Of a stretch of DNA of 64,000 nucleotides, positions 28,008-41,748 are shown piece after piece. The notes under the pieces were generated by a model that worked only from the letters and a program-made list of their open reading frames with translations, made no database searches and had not been told where the DNA came from. Both the position numbers and the translations under genes were made by a program. The stretch's first letter is position 1; every line of letters starts with the position of its first letter. The stretch is from positions 896,001 to 960,000 of the forward strand of contig CBDIIB010000005.1 of the NCBI GenBank assembly GCA_965279525.1, given 5' to 3'. The stretch comes from Tagaea sp. GTDB lineage: Bacteria; Pseudomonadota; Alphaproteobacteria; CACIAM-22H2.

Positions 28008-29795
28008 ATGATGATCCCCGTCCTGAGCGACCAGTCGACCCGCGGCCTCGTCACCCGCCTCATCCGCGACCATGTGCGCGCCCACTGGGGCCGCCTGGCG
28101 CTGGCGGCGGTCTGCATGGGCCTTGCGGCTGCGGCCACGGCCGCCAACGCGTGGCTGATGGAGCCGGTCCTCGACAAGGTCTTCGTCGAGCGCAACGTGA
28201 CGATGCTCTATTTGATCCCGATCGCGGTGATCGCCTCTGCCCTCGTCAAGGGTGGGGCCAGCTACGGGCAGGGCGTGCTGATGAGCCATATCGGCCAGCG
28301 CATCATCGCCGACCTGCAGGTGCGGCTGTTCGCGCTCGCCGTGCGCGCCGACCTTGCCTTCTTCAACGATTTCGCTTCCTCCAAGCTCTCGATCCGCCTG
28401 ACGCACGACGTGGGCCTGATGCGCCAGGCGATCACGCAGGCACTCGTCGGCATCTCGAAGGACGCGCTCACCGTCGTCTTCCTCGTTGCGCTGATGTTCT
28501 ACCAGGATTGGCAGATGGCGCTCGCGGCGTTCGTCGTTTTCCCGGTCGCGATCCTGCCGATCGTCAAGCTCGGCAAGCGCATGCGCAAGACGACGACCTC
28601 GATCCAGGACACGGTCGGCACGCTGATGACCATGCTCGACGAGGCGTTCCAGGGCATCCGGCACGTCAAGTCGTACCGCATGGAAGACGAGGAGACGGGC
28701 AAGGCGCGCCGCGCAGTCGAAGGCATCTTCGTCCTCTCGCAGAAGCAGGCGCGCACGCGCTCGGCGGCCTCGCCGATCATGGAGACGCTGGGCTCGTTCG
28801 CCATCGCGATCGTGATCTTCTATGGCGGTCTTCGCGTCGTCGAAGGGGCGACCACGCCGGGCACGTTCTTCTCGTTCGTCACGGCGCTGCTGCTCGCCTA
28901 CCAGCCGGTCAAAAGCCTCGCGAACCTCAATTCGACGCTGCAGGAAGGCCTGTCGGCCGCCGCGCGCGTGTTCGCGCTCGAGGACATGCAGCCTTCCATC
29001 GTCGACCGGCCGGGTGCCTTGACGCTGCCGTCGGTGCGCGGCGAGATCCGCTTCGAGAACGTCACGTTCGGCTACCGCCCCGAGCGGCGCGCGCTCGACG
29101 GCGTGGACCTGATCGTGCCGGCGGGCAAGACCGTGGCGCTTGTCGGTCCGTCGGGCGGCGGCAAGACGACGCTGCTCAATCTGCTGCCACGCTTCTACGA
29201 CGTGGACGGCGGGCGCGTGCGCGTCGACGGCCGCGACGTGCGCGAGGTGACGCTGGCCTCGCTGCGCGAGAACATCGCCCTGGTCACGCAGGAAACCGGC
29301 CTGTTCCACGACACGATCGCGATGAACATCGCCTACGGCAGGCCGGATGCGCCGCTGGCCGAGATCCGCGAGGCGGCACGCCTTGCCGGCGCGCTCGATT
29401 TCGTCGACGGGCTGCCCGACGGGTTCGACACGGTCGTGGGCGAGCGCGGCGTGAAGCTGTCGGGCGGCCAGCGCCAGCGCATCGCCATCGCGCGCGCCTT
29501 CCTGAAGGACGCGCCCATCCTGCTGCTCGACGAGGCGACAAGTGCCCTCGACAACGAATCCGAGCGCGTCGTGCAGGCGTCGCTCGCCACGCTGATGAAA
29601 GGCCGCACGACCGTGGTGGTCGCACACCGCCTGTCGACGGTGGTGGATGCCGACATCATCTACGTGATCGAGGGCGGGCGCATGGCCGAGAGCGGCACGC
29701 ATGGCGAGCTGCTGGCCAAGGGCGGCGTCTATGCCCGCCTGCATGCCCTGCAGTCGTCCGAACGGCCCGCCACCGACCAGCCCATCACCGAATAG
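28008..29795 (+). CDS. MsbA-like ABC exporter (fused permease/ATPase)
   Basis: 6-TM domain; GPSGGGKTT; LSGGQRQRIAIARA; ILLLDEATSALD; VAHRLST. Confidence 0.9.
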   Translation: MMIPVLSDQSTRGLVTRLIRDHVRAHWGRLALAAVCMGLAAAATAANAWLMEPVLDKVFVERNVTMLYLIPIAVIASALVKGGASYGQGVLMSHIGQRIIADLQVRLFALAVRADLAFFNDFASSKLSIRLTHDVGLMRQAITQALVGISKDALTVVFLVALMFYQDWQMALAAFVVFPVAILPIVKLGKRMRKTTTSIQDTVGTLMTMLDEAFQGIRHVKSYRMEDEETGKARRAVEGIFVLSQKQARTRSAASPIMETLGSFAIAIVIFYGGLRVVEGATTPGTFFSFVTALLLAYQPVKSLANLNSTLQEGLSAAARVFALEDMQPSIVDRPGALTLPSVRGEIRFENVTFGYRPERRALDGVDLIVPAGKTVALVGPSGGGKTTLLNLLPRFYDVDGGRVRVDGRDVREVTLASLRENIALVTQETGLFHDTIAMNIAYGRPDAPLAEIREAARLAGALDFVDGLPDGFDTVVGERGVKLSGGQRQRIAIARAFLKDAPILLLDEATSALDNESERVVQASLATLMKGRTTVVVAHRLSTVVDADIIYVIEGGRMAESGTHGELLAKGGVYARLHALQSSERPATDQPITE

Positions 29796-29811
29796 GTCTG
29801 CACGAAAGCAA

Positions 29812-29838
29812 ACGGGCCGGGGAAGATCCCCGGCCCGT
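29812..29838 (-). terminator. Intrinsic terminator hairpin between convergent msbA-like gene and amtB
   Basis: ACGGGCCGGGGA-AGA-TCCCCGGCCCGT, followed by TTGCTTT on the minus strand. Confidence 0.75.
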
Positions 29839-29867
29839 CGCCGTCCTGCCGCCGGAGCGGAAGGAAG

Positions 29868-31220
29868 TTACTGGACGCTTTCGCCGTGCAGCGAAAGGTC
29901 GAGGCCGTCGCGCTCGGCTTCGTCCGAGACGCGCAGGCCCACGATCAGGTCGACGATCTTGAGCAGGATGAACGACCCGATGCCCGAGAAGAGCAGCGTG
30001 GCGACAACCGCGTAGACCTGGATGAGGAACTGGCCGGGATTGCCTTCCAGCACGCCCTGCAGCCCGTCGGGAAGAGCCGCCGAGGACGACAGCGCGCCCA
30101 CCGCGAACACGCCCGTCAGCAGCGCGCCGACGATGCCGCCCACGCAGTGGACGCCGAACACGTCGAGCGAGTCGTCGTAGCCCAGCGCCTTCTTGAGGCT
30201 CGTCGAGGCCCAGAAGCACACGATGCCCGCGACGATGCCGATGACCAGCGAACCGCCGGGCATCACGAAGCCCGAGGCCGGCGTGATCGCGACAAGACCC
30301 GCGACCGCACCCGAAATGACGCCCAGGACCGACGGCTTGCCGCGCGTCGCCCACTCGGCGAACATCCAGCCCAGTGCTGCGGCAGCCGTGGCGATCTGCG
30401 TGACCGCCATCGCCATGCCCGCACGCCCGCCGGCCGCACCGGCCGAGCCTGCGTTGAAGCCGAACCAGCCGACCCACAGCAGGGAGGCGCCGATCACGGC
30501 AAGAACCAGGTTGTAGGGCGAGAAGTTCTCGGTGCCGTAGCCGCGGCGCTTGCCCAGCACGACGGCCGCGACCAGACCCGCGATGCCGGCGTTGATGTGC
30601 ACGACCGTGCCGCCCGCGAAGTCGAGAGCGCCAAGGCCGAAGAAGACGCCGTTGGGATGCCAGACCGCGTGCGCGACCGGCGAATAGATCAGGATCGTCC
30701 ACAGCCCGACGAACCACAGCATCGCCGAGAACTTCATGCGATCGGCGAACGCGCCGCAGATCAGCGCCGGCGTGATGATCGCGAAGGTCATCTGGAACAT
30801 CATGAACACGACCTCGGGGATCGTGAACGCGACGGCCGAGTCGCCCGTGCCCAGCGTGAAGGGATCGGCATAGCCCATGCCCGCGAGGAAGAAGCGCGAG
30901 AAGTCGCCGACGTAAGCGCCGCCTTCGCCGAAGGCGAGCGAGTAGCCCACGACCATCCACAGCACCGTCACCAGCGCCGTGATCGAGAAGGACTGCATCA
31001 TGGTGGCGAGAACGTTCTTCTTGCGCACCATGCCGGCGTAGAACAGCGCCAGGCCCGGGATCGTCATCAGGAGGACGAGGGCGGTCGAGGTGAGCATCCA
31101 TGCGGTGTCGCCGGTATCGATCTTCGGCGTCGCGTCTTGGGCGAACGCGGGGCCGACCAGCCCAACCGCTCCCACCAGCGCCAGCGCACCCAGGCGCGCG
31201 AGCTTTTCGAGTTTCGTCAT
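29868..31220 (-). CDS. amtB: Ammonium transporter
   Basis: GDTAWMLTSTALVLLMT; FQMTFAIIT; DFAGGTVVH; LLWVGWFGFNAGS; YDDSLDVFGVH; GLDLSLHGE. Confidence 0.97.
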   Translation of the reverse strand: MTKLEKLARLGALALVGAVGLVGPAFAQDATPKIDTGDTAWMLTSTALVLLMTIPGLALFYAGMVRKKNVLATMMQSFSITALVTVLWMVVGYSLAFGEGGAYVGDFSRFFLAGMGYADPFTLGTGDSAVAFTIPEVVFMMFQMTFAIITPALICGAFADRMKFSAMLWFVGLWTILIYSPVAHAVWHPNGVFFGLGALDFAGGTVVHINAGIAGLVAAVVLGKRRGYGTENFSPYNLVLAVIGASLLWVGWFGFNAGSAGAAGGRAGMAMAVTQIATAAAALGWMFAEWATRGKPSVLGVISGAVAGLVAITPASGFVMPGGSLVIGIVAGIVCFWASTSLKKALGYDDSLDVFGVHCVGGIVGALLTGVFAVGALSSSAALPDGLQGVLEGNPGQFLIQVYAVVATLLFSGIGSFILLKIVDLIVGLRVSDEAERDGLDLSLHGESVQ

Positions 31221-31307
31221 CTGTCGTCGTCTCCTGGCTGTCCCGGCGGGCACCGGGAAGGTTGCGCTCGGGGATGCGTCCCCCTCGCGAAGAATGGTCC
31301 TAGATAG

Positions 31308-31322
31308 TCAAGAATCGTGCCA
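31308..31322 (-). promoter_or_regulatory. Sigma54-type promoter of amtB (-12 GA variant)
   Basis: Minus strand TGGCACGATTCTTGA (GG-N10-GA). Confidence 0.7.
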
Positions 31323-31437
31323 TCGGAAGGCAGGCATGCTGCAATGCAATAGCCTTTGATTCCATTAAGCTTTCGAGGGTCGACACACCGCTCCGCTGAC
31401 GCACGTTCCTTGCTGTCCCGTTCGTTGGAACGAAACC

Positions 31438-31478
31438 TGCCTACGTTTTAGGCGGATAGGCTGTCTATTTTTAGGGCA
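31438..31478. promoter_or_regulatory. Tandem NtrC-like enhancer sites
   Basis: TGCCTA-CGTTT-TAGGCG (31438-31454) and TGTCTA-TTTTT-AGGGCA (31462-31478), 17-bp TGC-N11-GCA-like palindromes ~115-155 bp upstream of the sigma54 site. Confidence 0.6.
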
Positions 31479-31486
31479 AACAGGCC

Positions 31487-33251
<1,765 letters not shown>

Positions 33252-33264
33252 GGCGAAACCGAAC

Positions 33265-34965
33265 CTACGCGGCTGCGGCGAAAGGCAGCACGACGCGCAC
33301 CGTCGTGCCCTTGCCCGGTGCCGTGTCGATCGCGAGCGTTCCGTCGTGCAGCTCGGCGAACATGCGGGCGAGCGGCAGGCCGAGGCCCGTGTCGGAGCGC
33401 TGGCGCGCTTCCTCGTCGTGCGCCGTCTCGAACGGACGCAACGCACGCGCCGCATCTTCAGGCGACATGCCGCGACCGCGGTCCGTCACGCGGAATTCGA
33501 TGGCGCCATCCGGACGGCGCTGGCAATCGAGCACGACGCGCCGGTCCTCGCCCGCGAACTTGATCGCGTTGATCGTCAGGTTGAGCAGGAGCTGGACCAG
33601 CACGCGCTCGTCGCCGGCGAAGCCGATGCCGGCACCGTTGCCGGCGATCTCGATCGCCACGCGCTCCTTGGTCGCGCGCTGGCTGGCCAGGAGCCGGACC
33701 GTCGACAGCAGCGATACCGCATCGACCGGGCCGATCTCCAGCCGCCACTTGCCCGCCTCGATCTTCGACATGTCGAGGATGCGGTTGATCACGTCGAGCA
33801 GATGCTCGGCGCTGAAGCGGATGTCGCCGGCATAGTCGCGATAGCGCGCGGGCGCCCCCAGTTTCATCGCGTCGGTCTCGATGATCTCGGAAAAGCCGAT
33901 GATGGCGTTGAGCGGCGTGCGGATCTCATGACCCAGATGGGCGAGGAAATCCGACTTGTTGCGCGCGACGTCGCGGAAATGCGTGGCCTCGAGGCGGGCC
34001 GCCTTTTCGTTCTCCTCGCGCGAGACGAGCAGGCTGGCGGTCTGGCGGGCGCGCCGGTTCAGGCCCGCGGCCACCGCAAGCACGATCAGGATGGCGACGA
34101 CGGCAGCCAGCATGATGCCGGACGCGCGCTCGAACCATCGGCCGAAGATGGCGCTGCGCGGATCGCTGGCGAGCACGAAAAGTTCGGTGCCGGGCACGCG
34201 CGCGGCACCGAACAGGCGGACCTCGTCGGTTGTCCGCGTGCGCTGGAAACGGGCCGTGCCGAACAGGTCGGCATCCGGCGGCGGGCGGGGATTTGCGGCG
34301 ATGAGATCGAGTTCGGGATACCGGGCGTGGAGATGGCCCTCGGCATCGACCAGGCTGATCGCATCGGCGCCAAGCTTGGAGAACAGCCGCGCGAAATGGG
34401 CAGGATCGATCCGCCCGGCGACGACTCCGCCGAACGTGCCGTCCGGGCGCTCGACGCGCATCGAGACCGGAATGCTGATGTCGTTGCTCGGCCGTGCGAC
34501 GACGGGCCGGTCGATGCGCAGGTCGTTCGACGGGTTGTCGCGGTGCGCGATGAAGTAGGGGCGGTCCGACAGGTCGGTGCGCTGCGGCGTGACGGACCCC
34601 ACGTTGACGGCGACGCGCCCGTCGGGCCCGACCAGTGCCAGGCCCTGCAACTGGATCGTCGATGCCTGCGCGCGCTTCAGGGCGACATGGATCTCGGCTG
34701 GCGTCCCGCGCACGACGATGCCGGGCGAACCGGGGTCGCTGTCGATGCTGCGCAGGGCCAGCGCCATGGTACCGAAGACCTGCGCCACGAACGTCGCCGC
34801 GACTTCGGCCTCGATGACGATCTGGCGCCGGGCGTCGGCGACGACCTGCCCGTATATCTGCGAAATCTGGATGCCGGCAGCCGCGACGACAAGTGCCAGC
34901 ACTGCACCGACGAGAAGGATGCCGACGGGCCGCGAACCGGCGATGGTGTGACCAGAATTCTTCAT
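33265..34965 (-). CDS. Orphan sensor histidine kinase with periplasmic Cache-like domain
   Basis: Two TMs flanking DLSDRPYF...FGGVV; H-box KSDFLAHLGHEIRTPLNAIIGFSE; NLTINAIKF; VTDRGRGM; GLGLPLA. Confidence 0.9.
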   Translation of the reverse strand: MKNSGHTIAGSRPVGILLVGAVLALVVAAAGIQISQIYGQVVADARRQIVIEAEVAATFVAQVFGTMALALRSIDSDPGSPGIVVRGTPAEIHVALKRAQASTIQLQGLALVGPDGRVAVNVGSVTPQRTDLSDRPYFIAHRDNPSNDLRIDRPVVARPSNDISIPVSMRVERPDGTFGGVVAGRIDPAHFARLFSKLGADAISLVDAEGHLHARYPELDLIAANPRPPPDADLFGTARFQRTRTTDEVRLFGAARVPGTELFVLASDPRSAIFGRWFERASGIMLAAVVAILIVLAVAAGLNRRARQTASLLVSREENEKAARLEATHFRDVARNKSDFLAHLGHEIRTPLNAIIGFSEIIETDAMKLGAPARYRDYAGDIRFSAEHLLDVINRILDMSKIEAGKWRLEIGPVDAVSLLSTVRLLASQRATKERVAIEIAGNGAGIGFAGDERVLVQLLLNLTINAIKFAGEDRRVVLDCQRRPDGAIEFRVTDRGRGMSPEDAARALRPFETAHDEEARQRSDTGLGLPLARMFAELHDGTLAIDTAPGKGTTVRVVLPFAAAA

Positions 34966-35072
34966 TCAGAACAGGTTCTTGATCCGGATGCGGGCGGAGA
35001 TTCTAGCCGTCGCCAATCGGTTTTACCCGAATATTTTGTAGAAAGTATTAACGACCGGCGCGGGGCCGGCCA

Positions 35073-35086
35073 TTGATCAGCCTCAA
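35073..35086 (+). promoter_or_regulatory. FNR/FixK-type box
   Basis: caTTGA-TCAGCC-TCAAtg; 64 nt upstream of ATG 35151. Confidence 0.7.
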
Positions 35087-35150
35087 TGCGGGCGCGTCGT
35101 GGCGGCGCGAGGATGGACATAACGTCCATGAACCACTCGAGGAGGCAGCC

Positions 35151-35459
35151 ATGCAACGACGGACATTTCTGACGCTGACCGCGACGGCGGGACTAGCGAT
35201 CGCTCTTGGAGCATCCGAAGCGCTGGCGCAGGGCATGGGCGGCATGAGTGCGGCCGAGCGCGACAAGATGCGCGAGCAGATGCGCAAGCGCTGGGACGAG
35301 ATGGACCACGATTCGCGCGTAAAGGCGATGGACCGCATGCGCAGCCGGCGCAGCGAGCCGAAATACGAGGAGATGCGCGAGCGCTGGAACAAGCTGACGC
35401 CCGAGCAGCGCAGCGGCATGATCGAACGGCACCGGATGAAATCCGGCAAGGCGGACTAG
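35151..35459 (+). CDS. Small exported Met/Arg-rich helical protein with LTxxQ motif
   Basis: GAGGAGG SD; MQRRTFL...ALA-Q signal; repeated MRxRWxxM/L units; LTPEQR. Confidence 0.75.
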   Translation: MQRRTFLTLTATAGLAIALGASEALAQGMGGMSAAERDKMREQMRKRWDEMDHDSRVKAMDRMRSRRSEPKYEEMRERWNKLTPEQRSGMIERHRMKSGKAD

Positions 35460-35469
35460 CCCGCGCGGT

Positions 35470-36054
35470 TCACAACTGGACGCGCAGGCTCGAGATGATG
35501 ATGCGCTTGGCCAGCTCGACCGAGCTGATCGACTTCCAGTCGAGGTCGGGGATGATCGAGCGCATCTGGTCGTCGGACGTCTTGAAGAAGTCGATGGCCC
35601 CGAAGATCCGGTCGACCTTCGTCCCGTCGTCCGACAGCGGCAGCGCCAGATGCTCGATGTCGAGCTTGATGCCGTTCTGGGTCGTGATCGTGCTCTCGTC
35701 GACGACCGCCATCTTCATCTGCACGGCATAGACGAGGTTCTTGCGCCATTCCTCTTCCCAGCCGCCGATCTGCAGGTCGAGCAGCATCATGCCCGTCGCG
35801 TCCTGCTTGAGCCGGTCGGTCAGAGCCGTGCCCATCAGGCGGAACTTGAACCACATGCCGGCATCGTCCTGCATGACCTGGGCGATGTAGATATAGGGAA
35901 GCTCGGGCAGCAGGTCGTTGGGCATCACGTCGGGCTGCATCTCGGCGCGCGTCGGCATCGGCTTCTTGCCGCACGCGGCGACCCAGTGCGCATAGACGCG
36001 CGAATTGAGCTTGCTGGCCAGTACCAGTCGCATCCGGTCGATCTCCATCGGCAT
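35470..36054 (-). CDS. Stand-alone PAS domain protein (PAS_5/DUF1457-like)
   Basis: VYAHW...MPTRAEMQP...LLP...FRLMGT...TG...EHLALPLSDDG pattern. Confidence 0.8.
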   Translation of the reverse strand: MPMEIDRMRLVLASKLNSRVYAHWVAACGKKPMPTRAEMQPDVMPNDLLPELPYIYIAQVMQDDAGMWFKFRLMGTALTDRLKQDATGMMLLDLQIGGWEEEWRKNLVYAVQMKMAVVDESTITTQNGIKLDIEHLALPLSDDGTKVDRIFGAIDFFKTSDDQMRSIIPDLDWKSISSVELAKRIIISSLRVQL

Positions 36055-36145
36055 GCGACTCCACGATAGGTGGCCACATGCACCTACAGTCTCACCTTTC
36101 GGTTGATTTACACAGTTTATACGGGAATTAGTCGCGCTTCTCGTG

Positions 36146-36631
36146 TCAACCGGCGAGGAATGCAGCCCAGCGCCGCCGTTTGGTCGAGATATCCATCGCG
36201 GCATGTGCGGGACTTGTCGAGGGAAGCGTGACGAACGCACGGCCGTCGGCCGGCAACGCGTGGCGCCGATAGAGCCGTGCGGCGGTGGCACCGTTGAAGC
36301 CGACGCGCACGATCTGGCGGTGGCGCTCGAAGAACGCGGCGAAATCGTTGGGCTTTATCGTATCGGGTGCGATCGCTGAATCGAGACTGCCGGGCCGGAC
36401 GGCGGCAGCGCACACGTCCCATACCGCGATGCCGGCCGCGCGCAGGCTTGCCGTGCGCTCTGCGTAGGGGGCATCGGCATCGAACCCGAGCACGTGCCCG
36501 ACAATCGGCCAGAAGGCGTTGCGCGGATGGGCGTAATAGCGGCCGGCGGCCAGCGAAGCCTGCCCCGGCAGCGTGCCGAGGATCAGGATCCGCGAATTTT
36601 CGTCGGCAACGGGCGGGAAGCCGCGGTCCAT
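36146..36631 (-). CDS. DNA-deoxyinosine (hypoxanthine) glycosylase, UDG superfamily
   Basis: ILILGTLPGQASL; YYAHPRNAFW; WDV; GSLDSAI; FNG; LPSTSPA. Confidence 0.88.
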   Translation of the reverse strand: MDRGFPPVADENSRILILGTLPGQASLAAGRYYAHPRNAFWPIVGHVLGFDADAPYAERTASLRAAGIAVWDVCAAAVRPGSLDSAIAPDTIKPNDFAAFFERHRQIVRVGFNGATAARLYRRHALPADGRAFVTLPSTSPAHAAMDISTKRRRWAAFLAG

Positions 36632-36659
36632 GCCCCTGACCCGAAGGCGGGGGCGAGGA

Positions 36660-37055
36660 TCAGGCCGCGAGCTTGGCGGTCGCGATCTCGATGCGTGCGG
36701 CGAGACCGGCACGCTCGCCGTCGTCGGTGGCGGCACCGAGCTTGGCGCGAAGCGTCTCGATTTCCTTCGTAACCGCAGGCCTGTCGATCTCCGATACGCG
36801 CACGGCCTCGTCGGCCAGCACCGTCACGCGGTCGGCCGAGGCCTCCGCGAAGCCGCCGGCGACGAAGATGCGGTCTTTGACCGCGCCGCCGGCATAGATC
36901 GAGATCGTGCCGGTGCGCAGCGTCGAGATGACCGGGGCGTGGCCCTTGAGCACGCCGAAATCGCCTTCGCTGCCGGGGACGACGACCATCTCGACGTCCT
37001 CGGACACGAGCAGGCGCTCCGGGCTCACCAGTTCGAACTTGGTCGTTTCGGCCAT
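36660..37055 (-). CDS. atpC: F1 ATP synthase epsilon subunit
   Basis: FELVSPERLL; VPGSEGDFGVL; GGFAE. Confidence 0.96.
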   Translation of the reverse strand: MAETTKFELVSPERLLVSEDVEMVVVPGSEGDFGVLKGHAPVISTLRTGTISIYAGGAVKDRIFVAGGFAEASADRVTVLADEAVRVSEIDRPAVTKEIETLRAKLGAATDDGERAGLAARIEIATAKLAA

Positions 37056-37080
37056 CGTCTATTTCCTCGTGCTGGCCCGA

Positions 37081-39400
<2,320 letters not shown>

Positions 39401-39423
39401 CGTCTATGTCCGGTGTGGCTGGC

Positions 39424-40956
<1,533 letters not shown>

Positions 40957-40977
40957 GGACTCGTTCTCCGATGGAAA

Positions 40978-41535
40978 TCAGGCCCGACCGGCGAGGGTCA
41001 GGTGAAGACGCTTGAGTTGGCCCTGCAGCGAGGCATCGACGAGGCGGGAACCCACCTTCACCTTCAGCCCGCCCAGCAGCTTGGGATCGACCTTGAGGTC
41101 GAGCGTGACTTTGCGGCCGGCGGCGGCGCGCAGCTTGGTCTCGAGTTCGGCGATGCGGGCCGGCGACAGCGCCACGGCCGACACGACTTCGGCGACGGTT
41201 TCGCCGCGCGCTTCGGCGACGAGGGCGCGGTATTGCTTGGCGATCGCGGGGAAGTCGGCAAGGCGGCGGTTGCGCGCCAGCGTGCCCACGAAGCGGCGCA
41301 CCAGATCGCCGATGCCCAGATTGGCCATCACCGCGAGCACGGCCTTTTCCTGCGTGGCGCGCGGCAGCAGCGGGCTGTTCGTCATCCGCTTCAGTTCGGG
41401 GACGGCCGCGAGGGCCTCTTCGAAGGTCTTGATGTCGCCGGCGACGACGTCGAGCCATTGCGGGTTGGCGAGTTCATACAGCGCGCCCGCGTAGCGTTGG
41501 GCGATTCCGGCGGAAGAGGCGTTTTTCGAGGCCAC
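40978..41535 (-). CDS. atpH: F1 ATP synthase delta subunit
   Basis: AQRYAGALYELA; VDPKLLGGLKVKVGSRLVDAS. Confidence 0.95.
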   Translation of the reverse strand: MASKNASSAGIAQRYAGALYELANPQWLDVVAGDIKTFEEALAAVPELKRMTNSPLLPRATQEKAVLAVMANLGIGDLVRRFVGTLARNRRLADFPAIAKQYRALVAEARGETVAEVVSAVALSPARIAELETKLRAAAGRKVTLDLKVDPKLLGGLKVKVGSRLVDASLQGQLKRLHLTLAGRA

Positions 41536-41659
41536 GCGCGGTCCCTTGGTCGGCGGTCCGTTTTTCGCCCTTGGCCCACCCCGGACGGGCTCGCCAACCT
41601 CGCGAAAAACAACAAGAAATCGGCGAACGGAAGATGTCTTCCGTGCGGCCGCGGGCGAT

Positions 41660-41688
41660 TAGCTAACACAGGCATTTCGCCGATGCAA
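41660..41688 (-). promoter_or_regulatory. Putative sigma70 promoter of the atp operon
   Basis: Minus strand TTGCAT-N17-TAGCTA. Confidence 0.5.
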
Positions 41689-41748
41689 TAAGGGCGGCGA
41701 AAAAGCTGCGGGTTATCCACTTTTGCCCGGAAATCGGGGCTTGCACGC

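Noticed and set aside
41713-41721. DnaA box-like TTATCCACT suggesting oriC
   Set aside because: Single box with one mismatch, no box cluster or unwinding element.
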